From Eledone cirrhosa (Eukaryota), in NCBI GenBank assembly GCA_964016885.1, contig OZ024745.1:75330001-75394000 (forward strand): a stretch of DNA of 64,000 nt, read 5' to 3'. This document shows, piece after piece, positions 1-13,340 of this stretch (position 1 is the stretch's first letter; each line of letters opens with the position of its first letter). The position numbers were made by a program, and so were the translations under genes. The notes beneath the pieces were generated by a model. It was not told where the DNA came from, searched no databases, and saw only the letters and a list, made by a program, of their open reading frames with translations.

Positions 1-134
1 TACTGACTTTAACCAGTAATAGAATATAAAATTATATGCCCGTGTGAGTGTGTCTGTATGTGTATGTCTGTGTTAGTGTGTATGTATGTGTGTGTATATG
101 TGTATGTGTGTATGTGTATGTGTGTGGAATTATG

Positions 135-425
135 AAGTCCGGAGTTCGATTCCATTGCATGGCATCTTGGTCAGATTTATTCTAGTATAACCTCGGGTTA
201 ATCCACGTCAAGTGAATGAACTTGGCTTGATGGAAATTGTCTAGAAGCTATCGGATAGACTGTACCTATAATTTAAAGAACCAGCTTTACCGCACACTGA
301 TTTCGCTTTTGAATTACGTTAAGCCTACATGTGTCTGGAATATTCAACCACATTAACTCTAATACAAAGCACGTTTTTCAGGTGATAGAATAACTTAAAT
401 ATTCGTCGTCGCAATCGACGGAGGA
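135..425 (+). mobile_element. Old, decayed tRNA-derived SINE (relatives at ~4277-4530, ~15815-16100, ~58025-58360)
   Basis: B-box-like ggagttcgattcc followed by a body (gactgtacc...aattacgtta...) that recurs in diverged form at the three other loci. Confidence 0.5.
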
Positions 426-865
426 CTCATTCATTTTATTTTCTGTTTACTTATAATCAATACTTCAAGATTGGAAAAAAATACTCTGTGCTGTAATGGC
501 GTTAACATACGTGGTGATTTAGCTGAGGCGTCAAATAAAATATCTTGAGTTCTCTGCACTCTAAAGGTCACATGCCCCCGAGGTCAACTTTGCCAGTCAA
601 CCTTTTGGGGTCGATAAAATATTGTTCAAGTCCATTGTAACGATAGGTTGGTGGAACTGTTAGAGCATCCTATGAGATAACAAGCAGACTTTGCTCCGGC
701 ATTTTGCATTCTAAGTGCAAATTTCACCGATGGCTAGGGAACGCAGCTGATTATAAAACCTACAATATTTGAAGCAGGGTTGTAATTGTCGTCTGCTACT
801 GCAATACCAGATATTTAGTTCTATTCTTAATAACCTGTTTGTCACATATCTTTTTCTATTTTATT

Positions 866-1056
866 GTGGATTGGCAGTATCGGTAGAGGGTCGGACGCCA
901 TGCTTTCCAGCATAGTTACGTCCCTTTACGATCTGAGTTCAAATCCCGCCGAGGTTAACTTTGCCTTTCATCCTTACGGGGTCGATAAAATAAAGTACCA
1001 GTAATGCACTGGGTAATTGCTGGCCTTGTGCCTAAAGTAGAAACAATTATTATTAT
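866..1056 (+). mobile_element. Young tRNA-derived SINE, family A (short variant)
   Basis: A-box tggcagtatcgg, B-box gagttcaaatcc, central gcctttcatccttacggggtcgataaaataaagtaccag (resembles the Meta-SINE domain, from memory), (ATT)n tail; near-identical copies throughout the window. Confidence 0.85.
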
Positions 1057-1424
1057 TTTAACAAATGTTTAATATTGTGAGTATCAAAATATCTCCATAA
1101 ACTATTTGCATCTATTACCCCCCTCTCTCTATCTCCCTCTCAATCTCTCTATCTCTCTATCTATCTATCTATCAATCTCTCTATCTCTCTATCAACCTCT
1201 CTACCTCTCTATCTATCTATCTATCTCTCTCTCTCTCTATCTATCTATCAATCTCTCTATCTATCTATATACCTATATTATCTCCCGCGCTCGACTCTCT
1301 ACCGCTACTGCCAATCCACCGCCCTTTATATATAATGTATGAAGAAAGTTTCATACACTTAAAATATGTGTGACCATTGGTTTCGGCGCCCAGCTATGGG
1401 CGCCATTGTATGTGCATGTATAAA

Positions 1425-1455
<31 letters not shown>

Positions 1456-1854
1456 TTATTTATTTATATACACTCACACGCATATATATACATTTGTATG
1501 TATGTATGTATGTATGTGTGTGTGTGCGTGCGTGCGTGTGTGTGTGTATTTGTGTTTTACATTTCAGCTGTTCACCTAAGTCAGGTGATTGTGATAGATG
1601 AGAATATGTATTAGTTCCAACAAAGTGCAATAAAAAAGAACCCCCCCCCCCCCCCCAAAAAAAAAAAACAACAAAAAAAAACAACAACAGAAACCACTCA
1701 AATAACAATCAAAATAAAATAAAACAAACGAAAATAAAACAAACGAAAATAAAACAAACAATAACAACATTGAATGATGAAAGACAGCAAGGTGAATATA
1801 CAATGATGAATGTGAAAGAAATAATAGCAGACGACATTGAGATGACACTGCATT

Positions 1855-2275
<421 letters not shown>

Positions 2276-2524
2276 TTCAAGATAAACAAGGCGAACACAG
2301 ATGCAATAACACTAAGTCTTATTAGTTTCACGCTGGTTGGATAAAGGAAAATATGTGATTTAACGTGCAGATGTTAGTCCTTCATCAAGATAGAACAAGA
2401 TTCGGAGGAAGAGGAAAAATAAGAAAAAAACGTTTTATCAGGATTGATGAGGTGGGCAGGCAAGGTGTACATCATGGGGTCAAGGTGGATATCCGGTCCT
2501 ACCGTTGGTACAGATATGTGTGTG

Positions 2525-2613
<89 letters not shown>

Positions 2614-2639
2614 TCTCTCTGTATATATATATATATATA

Positions 2640-2678
2640 TAACGAAGGAAATGTGGTAAGGAACCAGGTGGACCATAA

Positions 2679-2761
<83 letters not shown>

Positions 2762-2956
2762 AACAAGCAAGACCCCGACGGCTGAGCTCAAGCCGTTTCG
2801 CCGGCTAATTCTGGAGTCCAGAATTAGCCGTCGAAACGGCTTGAGCTCAGCCGTCGGGGGTCCTTACTTGTTCCTATTACCCACCTCTACTACCCTAAGT
2901 ATTGAGTACTTTGGTGCGTTATGGTCCACCTAGTTCCTTACCACATTTCCTTCGTT

Positions 2957-2958
<2 letters not shown>
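2640..2958. mobile_element. Palindromic Penelope-like terminus, family P1 (other copies 4155-4211, 24510-24688, 52853-52984), embedded in (TA)n
   Basis: Inverted arms around tctgga-g-tccaga (centre 2816); four copies, all flanked by (TA)n; shares the motif gtattgagtac with hammerhead-bearing family P3. Confidence 0.65.
2771..2818 (-). ncRNA. Hammerhead-shaped motif with non-canonical core (AGAAUUA in place of CUGANGA)
   Basis: Minus strand: gactcc AGAATTA gccggc GAAA cggc ttgagctca gccg TC ggggtc; stems I and III pair and the GUC site is present. Confidence 0.35.
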
Positions 2959-3025
<67 letters not shown>

Positions 3026-3079
3026 TAGATAAATATACACGGGTGTGTATGATTGTGTATAGAAGATTATATTAATAAG

Positions 3080-3313
3080 AGGAATTCCAACTTTGTCTGA
3101 TTTACTCGTTTTATTTACAATCCTTTAAAATTTATAATGGTATTAGAATGAAATAGTATGGCAGAATATTAAATGTTAAGTGTTAATTGAACAAGTACTT
3201 GTTCAATTAACACTTAACATTTAATATTCTGCCATACTATTTCATTCTAATACCATTATAAATTTTAAAGGATTGTAAATAAAACGAGTAAATCAGACAA
3301 AGTTGGAATTCCT
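3080..3313. repeat. Perfect loop-less palindrome (117-bp arms) next to (TA)n
   Basis: Centre caagt|acttg at 3196/3197; arms match base for base by eye. Confidence 0.9.
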
Positions 3314-3319
3314 TTATTA

Positions 3320-3436
<117 letters not shown>

Positions 3437-3504
3437 GTGAGGTTTTTTTTACAAAATGAAAAATAACCGAGGTGTCCTACACGAGTGAAAGTATAAAGAA
3501 AAAG

Positions 3505-4120
<616 letters not shown>

Positions 4121-4121
4121 G

Positions 4122-4155
<34 letters not shown>

Positions 4156-4208
4156 GGAAAAAGTATGACCCCGACGGCAGAGCTCAAGCCGTTTCGATGG
4201 CTATTTCT

Positions 4209-4277
<69 letters not shown>

Positions 4278-4528
4278 TCGTAAAGTTGTGAGTTCAATTC
4301 CCGGCGGTGCCTTTTGTCCTTCATCAAACGCTAGACTTCATGTCATTACAACTCACTCCACAAACTAAAAAGGAACTGTACCTGTAAATTCAACGGACCA
4401 GTCTTGTCACACAATCACTCTGTCTCATGCTTTATCTCCCTGAGCATTACGTTATGGATGTCCGTGTATATAGAATATCCAGCAACTTGTACAAGCGGAA
4501 CACGCGTCACCGACACCGTTAGACGTCC

Positions 4529-4598
<70 letters not shown>

Positions 4599-4938
4599 CG
4601 CGCGCACACCACACCACGCACACACACACATAAAGACTGTGCACGTCTGCCAGACAGCCAGCCAGCCTGTCTGTGTCTAACAGCACATCAAATGTAGTGA
4701 GATGATTCCGTGACGCTATCAGCTCTCAATATAGGATAACACTTGATATATGTAAAGGTTCACCAGTCAAACAATCCGTGAGAGATGTGTGCAACGATTA
4801 TCATCAGTACTTTGGGATTTTGTATTTCTTCGTCGATTTGTTGATGTCCACACATAACATACATACGCGCACACTGACAAGCACATTCATCCCACACACA
4901 TACATATACACACGCACGCACACTCAGAAGCACATTCA

Positions 4939-4976
<38 letters not shown>

Positions 4977-4993
4977 GCACACACACGCACGCA

Positions 4994-5121
<128 letters not shown>

Positions 5122-5210
5122 GGCAAGCTCATTTCTAACTATATTTTGTTATGCGTGGCAACGTTTCTTCTCTCTCTCTCTCTCTCCCGTTCTCTCCGTA
5201 TGTATGTATG

Positions 5211-5241
<31 letters not shown>

Positions 5242-5274
5242 GTATGTATGTGTGTATGTATGCATGTATGTATG

Positions 5275-5783
5275 TTATCTTTTTCTCTTAATTCCGAGTA
5301 TATTATTTTGACCGGCCACCCTCCTGGTGGCAAGGTAGTAAAAGAAAAGAAATTGTCATCCCTTGAATCGCAAGAATGTTTTGCAAATTTTGAAGGTGCC
5401 AGCTATCGCAGCCATTTGTAGACTATGAATTACGGAGCTGCGCTCTTTGTCCGCAAATCCAAGTTCAGTCATACTCTGGTCCAAGCGGGTTGGTATATAA
5501 CCCGTAGCTCCAATAATGATGGGTATGAAGCTAAAGGATACTGGATTTGTAAACTCCTCGTCAATGGTCCGTAGATGTCCTCCTTCTCCTGTATTTTTCT
5601 GACAACGTTTACATCAAGTGGGCAGCTGATCTCCACAACAGAACACGTTTTCAATGTGCGGTCCCAAACAACAATATCAGGCCGGTTGTGCTTTAATTTG
5701 GTGGCAGTTTTTATTTTCAGGTTCCACCAGTATTCCTTAGTGCCATCTGTCTCAATATATTCTTTCTCGTTTGTTGTTAATTT
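5275..5783 (-). mobile_element. 5'-truncated R4/Dong-like non-LTR retrotransposon (C-terminal REL endonuclease plus 3' end) inside (CATA)n
   Basis: Translation YWWNLKIKTATKLKHNRPDIVVWDR..CSVVEISCP..EKEDIY has the RPD..E..K REL motif; (TATG)n on both sides; near-identical to 41122-41637 apart from a 10-bp deletion. Confidence 0.8.
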
Positions 5784-5845
5784 TGTTTGTATGTATGTAT
5801 GTATGTATGTATGTATGTATGTATGTATGTATGTATGTATGTATG

Positions 5846-6313
5846 TCAAAACCTGTCAAAGGGCAAAGGAGCTCTTAAGAGTCAATGGCCATCCAAAATC
5901 ACCGGGAGAGATGACCCCTTAGCCTTTGTCAAGGCAGAATTCTAGGAGAAGGAAAACTCTGATATAACACCTGCAACCCTGATGGTATCCAATGATGTTG
6001 ACTTGTTGTTCATTTTGGTAAATATCATCTTGGTTAAGAGAGTGGGACTGGCTTTGTGCAGTGCCTTTGCTCACTATAAAAGCTTCACGGCACAGGCATT
6101 ACTTTATATCTGGAGATCTCTCTGCACTTGTCGTCACATGGTACCATGGGCCCAGCACTATGTGTCAATAATTGTCACAAGTGTAGTGTTTGTACCAGAG
6201 TTTTCAAGTCGCTGGCTGGACTAAAAAGTCACACACGTTCAGCGCTTCGGTAGGGGTTCTCCTACATGGATATACAGTAGTGGCCGTACTCGAAAACGAG
6301 TTTGCAGCCACCA
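5846..6313 (+). mobile_element. Non-autonomous retroposon with an RTE-type 5'UTR motif and (ATGT)n tail
   Basis: Three copies (5846, 28456, 33571) share the gcagccaccatgtatg end and differ at the other end (5' truncation); ctaggagaaggaaaactctg resembles RTE 5'UTRs (from memory). Confidence 0.65.
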
Positions 6314-6345
6314 TGTATGCGTGCATGTATGTATATATGTATGTA

Positions 6346-6439
<94 letters not shown>

Positions 6440-6441
<2 letters not shown>

Positions 6442-6533
6442 GGGTGTCCCACAAAATGTAAACACACTTCATCATTGTAATAAATATTGACTGTACAGGT
6501 AATCAAAGTGTGTATACATCATTTTAGAACATC

Positions 6534-6536
<3 letters not shown>
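6440..6536. mobile_element. ~97-bp Tc1/mariner-type MITE (related copy 8405-8488 in the opposite orientation)
   Basis: ta|cagggtgtcc ... gaacatcctg|ta imperfect TIRs with TA flanks. Confidence 0.6.
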
Positions 6537-6580
<44 letters not shown>

Positions 6581-6612
6581 AGTAACTCCCTATATATATA
6601 GATATATAAGTA

Positions 6613-6850
6613 GTTATTGAGGAGGCCACAGATTGTGTGACGAAAGAGCTTTGATGGCAATCAACAGCTGAGCAACGAGCCGGTTATTAAACTAACCGAC
6701 TGGGAAATTATAGTAATAAATTGAAGTGAAGCCCAACAGTCGCATGTGATTTTGTTATCGGCAGCATGACCATCCCAAAGAATAACAATATCTGTTTGAA
6801 CACACGTTTTCAGATAAAACATCTTGCAAAACAAATACAAAAACGAAATA
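6613..6850 (+). mobile_element. Diverged Penelope-like terminus, family P4, with degenerate hammerhead at 6613-6655
   Basis: gtta TTGAGGA ggccacagattgtgtgac GAAA gagc TT tgat; the remainder aligns to the reverse complement of 62613-62865. Confidence 0.55.
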
Positions 6851-6891
6851 TATATTACTTATACACGCACACACACAGACTCATATATATG

Positions 6892-6992
<101 letters not shown>

Positions 6993-7144
6993 AGACTTTT
7001 CCTTTTACTTCCACCGCCCAACCTTCTCTTTCTCCTAATTTACTCCAGCTGAGGAAGAACTAACGTCCGATACGTTGAGACAAGCCTTTTCTTTAATTGT
7101 ATTTCTGAGTTTGCTTTTTTTAAATTATTATATATATATATACA

Positions 7145-7224
<80 letters not shown>

Positions 7225-7225
<1 letters not shown>

Positions 7226-7435
7226 GTAGGTCCCGGGTTGAGTCGGGGATAACCACAGTAAGTAAGGTACTCAATACATGGCAGAGTAAAATTTTTTTAT
7301 TTTATAGAAGGAACTTCTACAGGACTAGTACTGTTTCATTCAGATGAAATCTTCAGGAAGCTCCTGAAGATTTCATCTGAATGAAACAGTACTAGTCCTG
7401 TAGAAGTTCCTTCTATAAAATAAAAAAAAAAATAA
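7225..7435. mobile_element. Palindromic Penelope-like terminus, family P3 (decayed relative ~13160-13267)
   Basis: Inverted arms centred at ~7360, flanked by (TA)n on both sides; hammerhead core on both strands. Confidence 0.7.
7310..7364 (-). ncRNA. Type I hammerhead ribozyme, canonical core
   Basis: Minus strand: ggagcttc CTGAAGA tttcatctgaat GAAA cag tactagtc ctg TA gaagttcc; 8-bp stem I, 4-bp stem III with palindromic actagt loop; the plus-strand mirror (7356-7410) has a weaker stem I. Confidence 0.85.
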
Positions 7436-7459
7436 ATATATATATATATATATATATAT

Positions 7460-7700
7460 AAGTATATATTACACAGAGAGAAATGTGTTACACAGTGAGA
7501 AGTGTGTAAAGAATTATTACAAGTGATTTTACCGTTACTGTAAAGAGAACAATATCTACAGGTAAGCAATTAAATTTTTTTTCTATTTAATTGCTTACCT
7601 GTAGATATTGTTCTCTTTACAGTAACGGTAAAATCACTTGTAATAATTCTTTACACACTTCTCACTGTGTAACACATTTCTCTTTGTGTAATATATACTT
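7460..7700. repeat. Near-perfect palindrome (116-bp arms, 9-nt loop) adjoining (TA)n
   Basis: Arms 7460-7575 and 7585-7700; the ORF track gives the same peptide (MLTCRYCSL...) on both strands. Confidence 0.9.
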
Positions 7701-7750
7701 TCATTTGAGCTCGGAAGGAAATTTTCTATTCTTCTTTGAGCTAATAATAC

Positions 7751-7786
<36 letters not shown>

Positions 7787-7819
7787 AGTGAACTGCGGAA
7801 TACTCTTAATTCCGATTTT

Positions 7820-7865
<46 letters not shown>

Positions 7866-8351
7866 CATTTATATATATGTATGTATATGTCCGTGTGTGT
7901 GTTTGCATATATACATATATACACCACATATATACAGCCTTGCATATACCTATGGTTCTCCCATGCATCCAATTCTGTTCCTTTCGCCAGCTTTACGGCT
8001 TCAGCGGTAAAGTCTCTCACCAAACACATTCGCTAAATATTTTACCATCGGAAACGCAACACCTGTGAACATTGCTACTATACCCACGTTTCCTTCTCAG
8101 GCATATATCAATCTGTCGAAACTAAAGCTGAATATCAAAGGCATTAAAAACTCTAGACTGAAAGCGCATGCAAAGATCAGGGGTCATTACTACTTCCCAC
8201 TAACCCCCGAACTAAAATACACACTGCCTTCATATTAACCTTGCAATAGTCTATATAACCTGATAGAACAATAGCCATTGGATTTTAAAGCAGCTGGTCT
8301 CACCTAGACGAAAAGCTATAGAGGCTCGCCTGCAGAACTTTATTTATACAG

Positions 8352-8406
<55 letters not shown>

Positions 8407-8487
8407 GGGTGTTCCAAAAACATGATTACCAGTACAGGTAATATTTATTAGACTGCTGTTGAAGTATGTATACATTTTTTGGGACAC

Positions 8488-8519
<32 letters not shown>

Positions 8520-8523
8520 CACA

Positions 8524-8569
<46 letters not shown>

Positions 8570-8668
8570 TGTGTGCGCACACAAACGTACTTCCGCATAC
8601 ACATATTCACAGACATGTATGAGAAGAAAAGCGGCTGGTTTTCTGAATTTCCCAAATTGATTTTATTA

Positions 8669-8739
<71 letters not shown>

Positions 8740-9189
8740 TTCATCATGACATGCAACAACAATTGTGACATATATTCAACCCCAGCACAACTTAAAATTA
8801 ATCTTCGAAAAGTTACCTAAAGCGAAACCGGTTAGTACAAAAACTGATTAGACACTTATGACTCTTTCTGAAAACCAACCTATATCTAAAAATAAAACAA
8901 CAAAAACTATAATTTATTTTGGATGAACGAATTTGTTTTCGTTGTGTACTATAAATTTGCATGTATATATTGAAAGTATTCGATGCATCTTCAAATCTAT
9001 ATAATTATTGTCCATATATATATATATATATATATGCCCCCTCTACACATGTAAATATGTATACATGTGTGTGTGAATGCAGTAATTTTACAATATTTGA
9101 TCTGTTTTTTTTTTATTTTCATCAGTTATTTTCATTAGTTAGAGATTAATTTCCGGTGGTGTCAGTAACTAATTTCTTTTTCGATTCAT

Positions 9190-9229
9190 TGACCTCTTCC
9201 CTCTATAACATTTTGACCTCTATTGACCT
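9190..9229 (-). promoter_or_regulatory. Candidate nuclear-receptor element: perfect DR4 plus a third half-site
   Basis: TGACCT ctat TGACCT at 9214-9229 and TGACCT at 9190-9195 in non-repetitive sequence. Confidence 0.3.
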
Positions 9230-9407
9230 CTGGCCCCACTAGATAACCACTACGAATTCTCTATTTCGATCTCTGACTAATTTCATGATTAACATGGCTA
9301 GCTCGATATCTCTACTAATTGTAAGGTTAAAGATCGAAGTGACTTGTTAAGAAGGGGTTGAGATCTAGTGACAAGCTTGGCTCTGTAACATTGTACATTT
9401 ACTTACT

Positions 9408-9573
9408 ACATTAGTAGTAGTAGTAGTATTAGTATTAGTAGTAGTAGTAGTAGTAGTAGCAATAGTAGTAGTAATAGTAGTAGTAGTAATAGTAGTAGTA
9501 TCAATAGTAGTAGTAGTAGTAGCAATAGTAGTAGTAATAGTAGTAGTAGCAATAGTAGTAGTAATAGTAGTAA

Positions 9574-9609
<36 letters not shown>

Positions 9610-10035
9610 CAATGCTAGTACTAGCAGCAGCAGTAGTAGTAGTAGTAGTAGTAGTAATAATAGTAGTAGTTGTATTAGTTGTATTATCATTGTGGATTGG
9701 CAGTATCGGTAGAGGGTCGGACGCTATGCTTTGCAGAATAGAGTTACGTCCTTTTACGGCCTGAGTTCAAATCCCGCCGAGGTTAACTTTGCCTTTTATC
9801 CTTACGGGGTCGATAAAATAAAGTACCAGTAATGCACTGGGATAATTGCTGGTCCTGTGCCAAAAGTAGAAACAATAATTATTAGTAGTATTAGTAGTAG
9901 TAGCAACAGCAGTAATAGTAGTAGTAGGTCTTTGTGGTGATGATGGTGATGATGATGATGGTAGTGGTGGTGGTAGAGGTGGTGGTAGTGGTGGTGGTAG
10001 TAGTGGTGGTAATAGAAGTTGTGGTACCAGTAGTA
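9408..10035. repeat. (TAG)n/(TGG)n trinucleotide tract interrupted by a family A SINE (9692-9880, +)
   Basis: Direct reading; source of the poly-L and poly-H ORFs. Confidence 0.9.
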
Positions 10036-10710
10036 AAAACTATGAAAACCTATGAGGAAATTCAATAGTGATTTTTGACATGAATACAGCGTCACACATT
10101 TTGTGACGAAATAGTATTAATATCAGTATATTATTGGCACTTCATCTTGATGGATGAAATGTCAAATCATCCTTGACAAGATTTAAACTGAACGCAAAGT
10201 GACATATCTGAATACGAGAAGGAAACTTTTGGAACGACACTCTAGAGGTTCTTTCCACCTCTTAGCGCTCTTGAATAAACAAAAAAAGAAAAAAAAAAAA
10301 AAAAAAAAAAAAAGGACAAGACAAGAAAAGAAATTGATCGTCATTTGCTGATACTATATACTGATCACAGTAGCTGGTAGAAGCGTCACCACTTTTCATG
10401 TGACAAGAGTTGGGATTTGATCTCATAACTCACAGAGCCGGAGCAGGCACCGCAAAGCATTCCGTCTGACATTTTAACAATTCCACCAATGCACAATGTA
10501 TGGTCTGATACTTCATTTATCTACCTCGAAAGGATATAAAAGAAAAGTTGACCTGGACGGGATCTGGACTCAGAGATTTGAACGCAGAAAGCCAGAAAGA
10601 TCACCAACGACTTTGTCAATTCGCTTTTCTTGAATAATATCAATCGCAAAGAAACCATTGAATCTGTTTTGAGTTCTCGAAAAAATAATTAATTTGCCTG
10701 TGAATAAATC

Positions 10711-10742
<32 letters not shown>

Positions 10743-12380
10743 TTGATTGATTTATTTATTCATTTATTTATTTATTTATTTATTTATTTGTTTGCTTGTT
10801 TGTGAATCACACGAAACAGGTTATTATGTTCTTATGGATTACAAAGTGTGAAATTGATTGTTATGAATTTGGCAATAAAACGTTTTATGTCCCATTACAT
10901 AGTAAGATGATCAACAGGCAAAGTAATTAGCCAAGTAACCCATCAGTTTAATTTTTATAGTTGCAATAGATTTATGAAACTATTTCATTTCAAAAATGAA
11001 AATATAAGTTGCTTCTCTTGTTCTCACTTAGGTCCAGTGGAGTCAAATTCTTTATATATATGTTAAAAAGAATGAAATATATGTTGAATGATTTTTACAA
11101 CGTTTTAAAGGATAATAAATGCCCCAGTAGAATGATATGGCACTCTGTTTACAGAACCTAGTGTTGCTACATTCTAGGATTATTACTTATTTTTGTATTT
11201 ATAGGTAACATGTCAATATATTTCACTGAAACAGCAAATACACGCAACAGAATCCACGAAATTTAGTGATGGCCTGTGTCAATATAATTCGTAAAATAAT
11301 CTTGAGAAGAATTGAGTTTAGGTAATTCAGAACTGCCTTTTATATTATTTTACAAATTTTACTGAGGTAGTTCTATTTATTACAAATGAAATAGCGGTCA
11401 AATTTTCATAAAATAAATAGATATTGATTAAATAGCTAAATCAGTGTCATCCCTTAAACTCTAATTTTGTTTATGCACGATATTAAAGTCATTTGGTATT
11501 ACTAAGTCAACTACTGTGATACTATATGAGGACATATATTTTCAATGTAATAATGGTTTCTACAAGGCCAACAATTTGGGGGAGGGGAAAGTCGATTAAA
11601 TCAACCCTACGTAAAGGGACGTAACTCTCTGCCACGAATAAGTAAAACACATTACAATGCCTTCATCTTGGTATCTGACTTGTATCTATTATTATCGATC
11701 CGGTCACAGAGTGAATAATAATGACTGTTATTTTTCAACATCAATATATATACAACAATATTTCTAGATGTTTATATATAGGTAATTCTTCAATTAAAAA
11801 AAAAACAATATTTAAAAAGAATTCTCTACTTCAATCATTCAATTTTTTTATTTCTTCCAATCATTGTTTCATATAATTTTTTCCTTACCACGATACACTA
11901 TTTTTATCATTCTTTCTTCACAAATATTTATTCAACTTCGTTTTATACGAGATATATAAATCCAATGATGTAATATTTCATATATTTTTATACATATCTT
12001 AGTCTTTCTATAACGAATATGCTCTTTTTATTCTAATTTAGGGTTCTTAGACATGAAAACAATCATCCTCTTTGAGACCTTACGTTATGGAACATATGGT
12101 TGGAAGTTCGTTGATTTATGCATAATTTCTCGTTTGAATTTCCTTTAGAATCCTGATTAAACAGTAGTTGATTCTGTCATAGATAAGAGTGTGGAGAGTT
12201 ACTTAGTTTACGTAAACTATTTCATTGCCTTGCATTTCTATCTTTCATTACTCCTCAGTCGGTAACATAAGTATCGCTAATAGAGTGTCTTGTGAGATAA
12301 ACATTCGGCTGCAATACATAAAAAAACATACATTAATACACACACACACACGATATATATTAATGTATGTGATTTATGTA

Positions 12381-12567
12381 TAATTGTTTCTACTTTTGGC
12401 ACAAGGCCAGCAATTACCCAGTACATTACTGGTACTTTATATTATCGACCCCGTAAGGATGAAAGGCAAAGTGAACCTCGGCGGGATTTGAACTCAGAAT
12501 GGCAAGGGCCATAACTCTATACGTCAAAGCATGGCGTCCGACCCTCTACCGATACTGCCAATCCACC
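12381..12567 (-). mobile_element. SINE family A, full length
   Basis: Reverse complement of the 866 consensus; shares diagnostic ggcccttgccattctgag with the copy at 60992. Confidence 0.85.
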
Positions 12568-12734
12568 ATGTATAATGATACATAAATACACTCAGGCATT
12601 AACTGAATAAGTACTCAATACATATCAGTTGAATATTTATTTTATTTTTACAAGTAAACAGTTGACAGTGACTACGAAGTTTTGCCAGTTCTAAAAATAG
12701 GATTGCTTGGTCCTAAACACACGACTTAGAAGTG

Positions 12735-12952
12735 ATAATAGTAATGGTGTTGGTGGTGATTATAGTAGTGGTAGTGGTGGTGATGTGATGGTAGTTGGGG
12801 ATGATGGGGATGATGATGATAGGGGTGGTGAGGATAATGTTGATTACAATAATGATGATAATGATGATAATGATGATGGTGATGATAATGATGATGACGC
12901 TGATAATGATGATGACAGTGTTGATGGTGTCGATCATGACGATAGCGATGAC
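12735..12952. repeat. Degenerate (GGT)n/(GAT)n tract
   Basis: Direct reading; source of the D/G/N-rich ORF. Confidence 0.85.
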
Positions 12953-13268
12953 AAAATGGAGGTTTCTAACTTATGTAAACAAGTCACATATTTTGAGGTG
13001 GGGTTAGGGTGGCTTAGCGAGGAAACAATAGATAATATCGATACATTAGATAATATCGACCCCCAGCACTTCAATGATAATTTCCGTTCTTTTATGGACA
13101 TCTGGAACGCCGGAAGGCAAAGTCTATCTTGACGAGATTCGAATCCAGAACATTTACAAAGGTACTCAATACATTAGTAGAGTGTAAACATCATTATGGC
13201 TTATAGAGGACTAGAACTGTCTCATTCGCATGAAATTATATGAAACAGTTCTAGTCCTGTAGAAGCCA

Positions 13269-13340
<72 letters not shown>

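Noticed and set aside
866-950. tRNA gene
   Set aside because: A and B boxes belong to a SINE head; no complete cloverleaf or terminator.
5982-6224. 80-aa ORF MVSNDVDL... intact in three places
   Set aside because: Lies inside a young repeat, so identity reflects recent copying; no recognisable domain.
7043-7080. Hammerhead-like CTGAGGA...GATAcgTT; also a half motif at ~23080-23100 (-) and CTGGAGA at ~63075-63112 (-)
   Set aside because: Core substitutions or missing halves and poor stem I; probably decayed relatives, not called as ribozymes.
12707-13132. 141-aa acidic D/G/N-rich ORF
   Set aside because: Built from a (GAT)/(GGT) tract running into a decayed SINE; non-ATG start.
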